A stretch of 10,884 nucleotides of DNA from an uncultured bacterium (GTDB taxonomy: Bacteria; Macinerneyibacteriota; Macinerneyibacteria; Macinerneyibacteriales; DSCS01), in the NCBI GenBank assembly GCA_964548195.1, contig CAZJQC010000027.1, positions 1-10,884 of the forward strand, in the 5' to 3' direction. Both the position numbers and the translations under genes were made by a program. Positions 1 through 6,509 of the stretch are shown here, piece after piece. The stretch's first letter is position 1; each line of letters starts with the position of its first letter. The notes beneath the pieces are model-generated. The model saw nothing but the letters and a program-made list of their open reading frames with translations, was not told the DNA's origin and did not search any database.

Positions 1-21
1 TACTATGATGGCATCGGTCAT
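1..21 (-). CDS. 5' fragment of a small ORF coupled to feoB (MTDAIIV...), possibly a FeoB-associated small membrane protein; runs off the left edge
   Basis: ATG at 21-19 overlaps the feoB TGA (ATGA). A purine-rich GCGGGG lies just upstream. Reads ATG ACC GAT GCC ATC ATA GTA, a hydrophobic start. Only 7 codons are visible. Confidence 0.5.
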
Positions 22-2171
22 TGAAACCCCGCTATCAGCCCTATATTATAGAACAGGGCGGAAACGACCCATGGCACCAGAAGCGTCAATGCGATCACAT
101 ACCCCAGCATCCTGAGGCCGAACTCATGGTATATCGCGGCCAATACGGCCACACAGGGCACGAACAGCAATACGAATATCAGATATGACATGGCCGAAAG
201 GGGGGTAAAATCCTTTTTCAGCCCTTCGGAGAGCGACCGGTCCTCCTCATAGCTCATGTCAAAAGTGGCGAGCGAATAGGAAGTAAACACCGAGCGGAAA
301 GAGTCGACAGCGGCAGTCCCGAGCCCCGCGGCCTGTGTCCAAAGGTCCTTGAAAAAACCGGTCTCGCTCCGCCCCGGCCGCCCGGCGTCCCTTTCGCCGT
401 AAAGCTGACCCAACGCCCCCACTACGACTTCCTTTGCCACTATCCCCGGAATAAGAGCGGCAACCGGGCCGGTCTTGCCGAAACCGTTAGGTTTAAAAAC
501 AGGCGCTATGAGCCCCGCGGATTTAGCCAGGAGCGTGTCTTCCGGCGGGCTTCCGTAAGGCAAATTTGTAAGGGCCCACAATATGATCATGGTAAAAAGT
601 ATGACTGTCCCCGCCTTCCGGACAAAGGACTTCGTCTTGTTGTACACTGTCCTTCCGAGCATCTTTGCAGTGGGGAATCTGTAGGGAGGCAATTCCATGA
701 TCAGCGGTATATCCTCTCCCTTTCTCAAAAACCTTTTAAATACAATCCCGGTCAACGCGGCAACGAAGACGCCTGTCATATAAAGTATAAATATCACGAG
801 TGTGCGTTGTGCCGCAAAAAACACCGCTGTGAACAATGCGTAAACAGGCAGCCTTGCCGCGCAGGACATAAAGGGGGTAAGCAGCGCTGTGATCTTTCTG
901 TCTCTCGGGTCCTCCAGCGTCCGCGACGCGTATATCGCGGGAACGTTGCATCCAAATCCCACAAGCAGAGGAACAAATGCCTTGCCCGGCAGCCCCACGG
1001 CCCTCATCAGTCTGTCCATGACAAAAGCCGCGCGCGACATGTAGCCGCTTTCCTCCAGTATGCCGAGAAAAAAATATAAAAAAGCCATAAGGGGGACAAA
1101 TGACAAAACAGCGCCCACTCCGCCGAGCACGCCGTCGATAAGAAGCGAGTGAATCCAGACAGGGGCTCCAGTCAGGGCGGTGCCCAGCCATTTGCCCACA
1201 AAATCAGTGAAAAACCCGCCCATCCAATCCACAAATGGGGCGCTGCCCTCAAAGGTGAACTTGAACATGATATACATGAAAAAAAAGAAAACAGGTATGC
1301 CGAGATATTTGTTAAGGACGACCGAATCCAGCACATCGGTAAACTGCCTTACCCGTGAGTTCATTACAAGCACACTGCGTGTTATACCGCTTGCGTAACC
1401 GGTCCTGATATCACTCAGCACGTCAAAAACAGGCTGTTTGTGGTATGACTCGATGCGTTCCCTGTTTGCCTCGTAGGAATCGCCCACACCTATGGCCTTA
1501 AGCCGCTCAATAGTCTCCGCATCTTTTTCGATCATCTTTACGGCAAGCCAATGGAGCGGATACCCGCCGATATCCTGTTTTTCAAGGTCGCGCTCGACCG
1601 CTTCCAATTCCGTTTCAACCATCATGTCCGTCATATGTTTATAGGATATGGACCTGGGGGCTGTGCCGTCGTCAAAGGATTTGAGAGCCGCGTCTATCAG
1701 TTCCTCGGTGCCTCTGCCCGTCCTCCCCACGGTTGGGATTACGGCAAGGCCGGTCTCGCGCGCAAGCAGGTCGTAATCCACGTTCCCTCCCATGCGTTCA
1801 AGATCATCCATCATGTTAAGGGCTATGACCATAGGGATGTGCAACTCCATAAGCTGCAGAGTCAGTATCAGATTTCTTTCCAGATTTGTGACGTCCACGA
1901 CATTAATGATCACATCGGGCGTCTCTTCTATGAGGTAATCCCTCGCGACTTTTTCTTCAAGCGAATAAGGCGTCATCGCATAGACACCGGGAATGTCGAC
2001 ACACGTCACATGCCGGCCGTTCCTGGAAAACGAGGCGGTCTTCTTCTCGACAGTCACCCCCGTCCAGTTGCCCACCTGAAGCGAAGCCCCGGTAATGGAG
2101 TTGAGTATGGCGGTCTTGCCGACATTTGGGTTGCCAGCGAAGGCGATGACCACTCCGTCAGATCTCTTCAA
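18..2171 (-). CDS. feoB: Ferrous iron transport protein B (GTPase + membrane domain)
   Basis: G1 GNPNVGKT, G2 VGNWTGVTV, G3 DIPG, G4 NMMD. Membrane motifs LEESGYMSRAAFVMDRLM, GFGCNVPA, PFMSCAARL, MELPPYRFP, AKEVV, VPC. TTG start with GGAG upstream; overlaps the feoA 3' end. Confidence 0.98.
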   Translation of the reverse strand: MKRSDGVVIAFAGNPNVGKTAILNSITGASLQVGNWTGVTVEKKTASFSRNGRHVTCVDIPGVYAMTPYSLEEKVARDYLIEETPDVIINVVDVTNLERNLILTLQLMELHIPMVIALNMMDDLERMGGNVDYDLLARETGLAVIPTVGRTGRGTEELIDAALKSFDDGTAPRSISYKHMTDMMVETELEAVERDLEKQDIGGYPLHWLAVKMIEKDAETIERLKAIGVGDSYEANRERIESYHKQPVFDVLSDIRTGYASGITRSVLVMNSRVRQFTDVLDSVVLNKYLGIPVFFFFMYIMFKFTFEGSAPFVDWMGGFFTDFVGKWLGTALTGAPVWIHSLLIDGVLGGVGAVLSFVPLMAFLYFFLGILEESGYMSRAAFVMDRLMRAVGLPGKAFVPLLVGFGCNVPAIYASRTLEDPRDRKITALLTPFMSCAARLPVYALFTAVFFAAQRTLVIFILYMTGVFVAALTGIVFKRFLRKGEDIPLIMELPPYRFPTAKMLGRTVYNKTKSFVRKAGTVILFTMIILWALTNLPYGSPPEDTLLAKSAGLIAPVFKPNGFGKTGPVAALIPGIVAKEVVVGALGQLYGERDAGRPGRSETGFFKDLWTQAAGLGTAAVDSFRSVFTSYSLATFDMSYEEDRSLSEGLKKDFTPLSAMSYLIFVLLFVPCVAVLAAIYHEFGLRMLGYVIALTLLVPWVVSALFYNIGLIAGFQ

Positions 2172-2439
2172 CGGACGCTCCGTCCCCGCGGCACAATATT
2201 TTCATGGCCTGTCTGTGCCCGAGCGCTATGCGGCAGTTATCTATCTTTACGAGAACGGGGCCAGCCCCGTCCCTGAGTATTTCAAGTGTCTTTCCCTTAA
2301 ATATGCCGAGAGACTGGAGGCGACAGCGAAAGCCGTGCCCTCCCTCGACCTGTTCGACGATGACCTTGTCACCTCTGGTGAACTTGGCAAGAGGAGTCAA
2401 TTCAATACCGCCTTTCAATGATTTCTTACTGCGGGACAT
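2158..2439 (-). CDS. feoA: Ferrous iron transport protein A (SH3-like)
   Basis: FeoA pattern RLQSLGIFKGKTLEIL...GPVLVKIDNCRIALGHRQAMKI, directly upstream of feoB. GAGGG SD before the ATG at 2439. An alternative TTG start at 2400 (AGGCGG upstream) is possible. Confidence 0.95.
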   Translation of the reverse strand: MSRSKKSLKGGIELTPLAKFTRGDKVIVEQVEGGHGFRCRLQSLGIFKGKTLEILRDGAGPVLVKIDNCRIALGHRQAMKILCRGDGASVEEI

Positions 2440-2443
2440 AATA

Positions 2444-2457
2444 TTACCCTCAGCTAA
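2444..2457. promoter_or_regulatory. Putative DtxR/MntR/SirR-family metal-repressor operator overlapping the feoA SD
   Basis: Minus strand TTAGC-TGAG-GGTAA with AT-rich flanks: an imperfect TTAG-N6-CTAA palindrome between the -10 box and the feoA start. Confidence 0.45.
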
Positions 2458-2470
2458 CTTTTATAATATG

Positions 2471-2498
2471 AATATAACATTGAATCGGCGGCTGTCAA
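2471..2498 (-). promoter_or_regulatory. Sigma70-type promoter of feoAB
   Basis: TTGACA (2498-2493), 16-nt spacer, TATATT (2476-2471) preceded by an extended -10 TG (2479-2478). Confidence 0.75.
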
Positions 2499-2515
2499 CT
2501 GAAAAACGATATTAT

Positions 2516-3331
2516 TTAAAAAATATCTTCTGCAAATCCCCCGTATGACACCTTTGTCTCTATCAGCGTTACCGACCCGGTACCGTGTTCCTCAAGGTCC
2601 ACGCCGTTCTGTCTCAGCAGGGCATACACCTCTGCCGCGGCATGGGGGTCGTTTGTAAGCCCCATGTATGTCTTGCTGACTTTATTCAGCGTCCCGGCTA
2701 TTCCAAACGCGGAGAAAAATGACATAAACGAGAGTCCGTTGCTCATGTTTTTCCCGTGCAGTTCCGTCACGGAACCCGCGCCGGCCTCGGCCATGACCGT
2801 AGATATCATCTTCTCATTGGCGGCCACATTGAGTGTAAGCAGAAGCATGAACTTCTTTCTTTCCTTTTTTTCAGGTTCAAGTTTCAGGGAATGCTTTTTG
2901 ACATTGAAAAGCACATCGTCCCTGACTTCCGACCTCATCATGGAATCCACGAAACTCTCATCGCTCAGCAGGCGGGATATGGAAGCCAGCAGCTTCAGGT
3001 AATCCTGATCTCCCGGAGGAACGCCTATGAAAAACACGAGTCCCGCTTTTCCCCCTTTTGCCCCTTCGTAAGGCGTCTCGTCCTTAAAGACCCCGAGCAT
3101 GACAAAGAGTTCTTTGACAAAGGGCCCGCGCGCGTGAGGAAGCACCACATGGGGCTTAAGCTCCATGACTCCTTCCTTTTCCTTTTCCATTACCGCCGCC
3201 GCCATCTCTTCAGCGGAAGTCACATAGCCCGCGGCCAGCGCCTTTTTTGAAAACTCGGAAAAAAGCCCGGCCTTGTCCTTCGCGCCGGTCTTCAGTATTA
3301 CGGATTCCTTAGTCAGATAACCTGCCAGCAT
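2516..3331 (-). CDS. Fusion protein: PTS EIIA (Ntr/Fru/Mtl type 2) domain + C-terminal PII/GlnB-like domain
   Basis: aa 1-~147 have EIIA_2 features (ESVILK..AKDK, VVLPHAR with His66, LVFFIGVP, YLKLLASISRLL). After a charged linker (EPEKKERKK), aa ~160-271 follow a PII-like pattern (LLLTLN...EAGAGSVTELHGKNM...SKTYMGL...DLEEHGTGSVTLIET..SYG). GGAGG SD; starts 1 nt after the antiporter stop. Confidence 0.85.
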   Translation of the reverse strand: MLAGYLTKESVILKTGAKDKAGLFSEFSKKALAAGYVTSAEEMAAAVMEKEKEGVMELKPHVVLPHARGPFVKELFVMLGVFKDETPYEGAKGGKAGLVFFIGVPPGDQDYLKLLASISRLLSDESFVDSMMRSEVRDDVLFNVKKHSLKLEPEKKERKKFMLLLTLNVAANEKMISTVMAEAGAGSVTELHGKNMSNGLSFMSFFSAFGIAGTLNKVSKTYMGLTNDPHAAAEVYALLRQNGVDLEEHGTGSVTLIETKVSYGGFAEDIF

Positions 3332-3332
3332 A

Positions 3333-4505
3333 TTATCCTCCCTTTTTTTCTTCCCTGAAAAAATATTTTAACAGAAAAGGCGCAATCAATGCGGTTACGG
3401 CCACCATTACCACAACGGCCGAAAAATGTGTCTCTGTGAATCCCCTGTCCTTGAGCCCCTCCATCGCTATGGACGCTATCACCAGGGCAACCTCGCCTCG
3501 TGGTATCATGCCGGAACCTATGCCGAATGCCCGGCGCCAGCCAAAGCCCAGCGATCTCGCGGAGAAACCCGCGCCCAGGAGCTTTCCCGATATCGCGGCG
3601 ACGATAATAAGGGCCGTAAAGGGGTAATTGATCTCGGCGACACGAAGATTCGTCTCCACCCCTATGAATATGAAGAATATGGAAATAAATATTGTATGCC
3701 CCACCATGCTGACACCTTCGCTGATGCGGTGTTTAAAGACGGTCTGGCCCATAAACAGCCCCGCCAGATAAGCGCCTGTTATGGCCGCTATCTCGGCCTT
3801 CTGCGCGGCCCACGCAAAAAAGAAAAGCAATGCAAGGGCTATGGATACGACGGGCATCTCCGCCTTCAGTTTGTTCGCAAAATTCAGTATCAACGGAAAG
3901 ACAAACACGCCCAGAAGGCCCGCGCCGACAATATACGCCACAATGACCATAAGACCCGCGAAGACGGGCATCTGGCCTTTTCCCAGAAAACCGAAGACGA
4001 ATGTCAGTATCAATATACCGAGCACATCGTCTATGATCGCCGCGCCGAGTATGATATTGCCTTCAATGGTCTTAAGTTTTTTAAGGTCCATCAGGGTCAT
4101 CACGGTTATGGAAACCGATGTGGCAGTCAGTATGATGCCCATCACAATGCTGACCACAGGGTTTGAATAAAAAATATACGTCACGCCAAACCCCAGTGAA
4201 AGGGGTATGAACACACCGGCCAGGGCGACAAGGAAAGCGTTTCTGCCGACTTTCTTCATCTGGGCCAGGTCGGTCTCCAAGCCGGCCATGAACAGAAGTA
4301 TGGTGACGCCGATATCCGCGAAAAACTTCAATTTGAAATAATCATCGGTACCCTGCGCGATGAAATTAAAGCCTGTGGGGCCGATGATAAGACCTATGAG
4401 TATCATCCCCAGCACGGGCGGCAGATTGATCTTATAAAAAAAATCAGTAAGCAGCTTTGAGAAGAGTATAAACGCCGCCAAAAGCATCAATGTGTTGTTT
4501 ACCAT
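3333..4505 (-). CDS. CPA2-family cation/H+ antiporter (NapA-like), 390 aa, no C-terminal RCK/TrkA domain
   Basis: About 13 hydrophobic segments with motifs LLFMAGLETDL, ATSVSIT, GAAIIDD (DD motif), SGKLLG and GMIPRGEVALVIA. Start moved to the ATG at 4505 (AAGGAAGG SD) because the longer ORF start at 4598 lies upstream of the promoter. Confidence 0.93.
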   Translation of the reverse strand: MVNNTLMLLAAFILFSKLLTDFFYKINLPPVLGMILIGLIIGPTGFNFIAQGTDDYFKLKFFADIGVTILLFMAGLETDLAQMKKVGRNAFLVALAGVFIPLSLGFGVTYIFYSNPVVSIVMGIILTATSVSITVMTLMDLKKLKTIEGNIILGAAIIDDVLGILILTFVFGFLGKGQMPVFAGLMVIVAYIVGAGLLGVFVFPLILNFANKLKAEMPVVSIALALLFFFAWAAQKAEIAAITGAYLAGLFMGQTVFKHRISEGVSMVGHTIFISIFFIFIGVETNLRVAEINYPFTALIIVAAISGKLLGAGFSARSLGFGWRRAFGIGSGMIPRGEVALVIASIAMEGLKDRGFTETHFSAVVVMVAVTALIAPFLLKYFFREEKKGG

Positions 4506-4527
4506 ATACGGACCTTCCTTATACCGG

Positions 4528-4555
4528 ATTATATCCCTAATCCGCCGTAAGTCAA
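4528..4555 (-). promoter_or_regulatory. Sigma70-type promoter of the antiporter/EIIA-PII operon
   Basis: TTGACT (4555-4550), 16-nt spacer, TATAAT (4533-4528), 22 nt upstream of the ATG at 4505. Confidence 0.75.
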
Positions 4556-4596
4556 AGGTTTGAAAGAAAAGGGCCGCGCTCCTCATGCCTAAGGGC

Positions 4597-4626
4597 AAAA
4601 AAACAGCCGGGGCACCGCCCCGGCTG
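4597..4626 (-). terminator. Rho-independent terminator of the protease gene
   Basis: Perfect 10-bp stem CAGCCGGGGC (4604-4613)/GCCCCGGCTG (4617-4626), 3-nt loop, then T7 on the minus strand (4603-4597), 23 nt after the protease stop. Confidence 0.9.
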
Positions 4627-4649
4627 CGTATTACGGCATTCTTTTTTTT

Positions 4650-5834
4650 TTAGTGATGCGCGATGGGATCGGGATTTCCGTCGGGATCGTTTATTGCGTA
4701 TCCGTCCCTTGTGATGTTGCCGAGCAACAGAAGCCCGGCGACATGCGGAGTGGCCATGGATGTGCCATCCATAGTCGTGGTCCCGCCGCCTTTATATGTC
4801 GAAAGAATATTGACGCCCGGAGCCGCGTAATCCACCGGAGGATTCGCATAGTTTGAGAAATATGCGAACTTATCCGCAGAATCAATGGCTGATACAGTGT
4901 ACACATTAGGATGATTCACTCTTGCGGGCGAACAGTTGTTCGCATTCTGGCCTTCATTGCCGGCCGCTATGGCAAACTTCACGCCCGTTGCCGCCGCATT
5001 CAGTACCGCCTCGTCTATGGCGGTTGAAATGCCTCCGCCGAGGCTCATGTTAGCGACGTCGCCTGCAGACCCGTTTGCGGCAACATAATCAATGCCTGCG
5101 ATAACGCCGTCTGTGGTCCCGCTGCCGCTTCTGTCAAGCACGCGCACGGCTACCACCGTTGCGTTTGCCGCAACGCCTATTACGCCAAAATCATTGTCTT
5201 TAGCCGCAATCGTGCCCGCGACATGTGTCCCGTGCCCGTTTTGATCATCGGCATTTTTTGTCCTGGCCACAAAGGTCACGCTTCTGTTCACATCGACGTT
5301 CAAGTCGGGATGGTCAAAATCTATGCCCGTGTCAATTACCCATGCAGTCTTGCCCGTGGCGTCTATGCCGCCGCCGACACGCGCGATGCCCCAGGGAGTC
5401 TCCTGGCCGCTTACGGGCGGATCTTCGGGAGTGGGTTTAACCGGTTTTTTCGATATTGAGATGACCTTTACGGGCTCCACATATGCCACGTCGGGATCGT
5501 TCATGAACTTCGCCATCTGGTTTTCATTCATCCTGGCTGAAAACCCCTTGATGGCATATCCGAACACATGCTTCTTTACAGCGGGAAAATCGACGCCATG
5601 CTTGGCAGCAAGTTTTTCCGCGACACGCTGCACCGCTTCCCTGCCCCTGGATGACGCATTCTCATTAAACACGACTATGTACTCACCGGCGACCGGCGTA
5701 CCCGCTATCGCGCCATACGACATGCTAAGTGATGAATCAGATACAAGTTCGCTTCCCCCCATGTCCGCGACCTTGCTGCACCCGAAGGATACAAACGTCA
5801 TTATCACCAGCATCCACAACAACGATTTTTTCAC
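4650..5834 (-). CDS. Subtilisin-family (S8) serine protease, predicted lipoprotein, with I9 propeptide
   Basis: Catalytic motifs VIDTG (Asp), GHGTHVAG (His), AAGN (oxyanion Asn), GTSMATPHVAG (Ser). I9-like prodomain (GEYIVVF...AIKGFSA...DPDVAYVEP). N-terminal MKK + hydrophobic stretch + SFGC lipobox. GTG start with AAGGAGG SD. Confidence 0.96.
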   Translation of the reverse strand: MKKSLLWMLVIMTFVSFGCSKVADMGGSELVSDSSLSMSYGAIAGTPVAGEYIVVFNENASSRGREAVQRVAEKLAAKHGVDFPAVKKHVFGYAIKGFSARMNENQMAKFMNDPDVAYVEPVKVISISKKPVKPTPEDPPVSGQETPWGIARVGGGIDATGKTAWVIDTGIDFDHPDLNVDVNRSVTFVARTKNADDQNGHGTHVAGTIAAKDNDFGVIGVAANATVVAVRVLDRSGSGTTDGVIAGIDYVAANGSAGDVANMSLGGGISTAIDEAVLNAAATGVKFAIAAGNEGQNANNCSPARVNHPNVYTVSAIDSADKFAYFSNYANPPVDYAAPGVNILSTYKGGGTTTMDGTSMATPHVAGLLLLGNITRDGYAINDPDGNPDPIAHH

Positions 5835-5912
5835 AACAACCTCCTTAATGGTTTACAAGCGAATAATATATTTCGCTTAACAAAATAAACATTGAGCCGT
5901 ATTATTTCAACA

Positions 5913-5940
5913 AATATATAACATTATTCATAAAAAACAA
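5913..5940 (-). promoter_or_regulatory. Candidate promoter of the protease gene
   Basis: TTGTTT (5940-5935), 16 nt, TATATT (5918-5913). The region is very AT-rich, so alternative boxes exist. Confidence 0.35.
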
Positions 5941-5955
5941 GCTTTTTCTTATAAT
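5927..5955 (+). promoter_or_regulatory. Candidate promoter of the 144-aa plus-strand ORF
   Basis: TTCATA (5927-5932), 17 nt, TATAAT (5950-5955). Confidence 0.45.
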
Positions 5956-5997
5956 CTCATACATTGAAAAAAAAACTTCATGTGATAATACTTATAT

Positions 5998-6432
5998 ATG
6001 ATACGGTATCTTTTATCGGCTGTACTTATACAGCGGTTTATAGAATACGAGGGCATAACAAGGCGGATATTTTTGAAAATAAGCGCCGATGCCGGATTTG
6101 ACAGCAGCCATGCGGCCATGCTCTGGGAATCTTTCGACACCACTTCGGCGCCTCATATAAAATCGCTTGTCAACATAACGGGAGACCATTATGGCGTGCG
6201 CTGGGAATCTTTCAAGGAATCACTGCGTGAAAACGAACTGCGCTCAAGAAGAATACGAAGCGACATAGTGCATGCAAAGCGGGATTATACCTGCAGGGAA
6301 CTGTACTCCGCGGTAAAAACCGCGAACGCATTGATACGGCGAAAAAGAACGGCTCTGCTGAAGCCCATACTCGCCGGTTCGCCACCCGACAAAAAGACGC
6401 TTGAAAACTCCATTATGGAGATATTCGAATAA
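5998..6432 (+). CDS. Hypothetical protein, putative HEPN-domain protein
   Basis: The ORF fills the gap between the protease promoter region and the hutU 3' end. The sequence looks helical, with EGITR (ExxxR, aa 18-22) and RSDIVH (Rx4H, aa 87-92). No clear SD. Confidence 0.65.
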   Translation: MIRYLLSAVLIQRFIEYEGITRRIFLKISADAGFDSSHAAMLWESFDTTSAPHIKSLVNITGDHYGVRWESFKESLRENELRSRRIRSDIVHAKRDYTCRELYSAVKTANALIRRKRTALLKPILAGSPPDKKTLENSIMEIFE

Positions 6433-6472
6433 AGGCTTTCCGTCCGCCGCCCCCATTGGGGCCGGGATAAGG

Positions 6473-6497
6473 ACGCGGGAGCGTCATGCTCCCGCGT
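6473..6497. terminator. GC-rich hairpin between the convergent 144-aa ORF and hutU; likely terminator or 3'-end stabiliser
   Basis: Perfect 10-bp stem ACGCGGGAGC (6473-6482)/GCTCCCGCGT (6488-6497), 12 nt after the hutU stop. No clean U-tract on either strand. Confidence 0.6.
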
Positions 6498-6509
6498 ATA
6501 AAGATGATA

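Noticed and set aside
2460..2485. Possible Fur box over the feo -10 region
   Set aside because: AT-rich, but AATG-N7-CATA does not fit the Fur AATGATAATCATT spacing. The DtxR-like palindrome fits better.
736..2548. Alternative-frame and antisense ORFs over feoAB (e.g. 1551..2276 +, 736..1191 -)
   Set aside because: They lie almost entirely within conserved genes and show no recognisable motifs; they are shadow ORFs.
4506..4598. 31-aa N-terminal extension of the antiporter in the ORF track
   Set aside because: It spans the promoter, begins at the terminator U-tract and has no SD. The ATG at 4505 has a good SD.
4642..4651. 10-nt homopolymer at the protease stop codon as a phase-variation tract
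   Set aside because: It begins within the TAA and extends downstream, so length changes would not alter the protein.
2664..5880. Antisense ORFs over the EIIA fusion, antiporter and protease (e.g. 3426..4166 +, 5323..5880 +)
   Set aside because: Shadow frames of well-supported genes, with no independent SD, promoter or motif evidence.
6123..6213. 13-bp direct repeat as a CRISPR or att/target-site duplication
   Set aside because: Only two adjacent in-frame copies, too short for a CRISPR repeat, and no cas, integrase or transposase gene in the window.
5949..6456. Minus-strand ORFs 5949..6143 and 6244..6456
   Set aside because: Short and antisense to the longer 144-aa ORF, which fills the gap and carries motifs.
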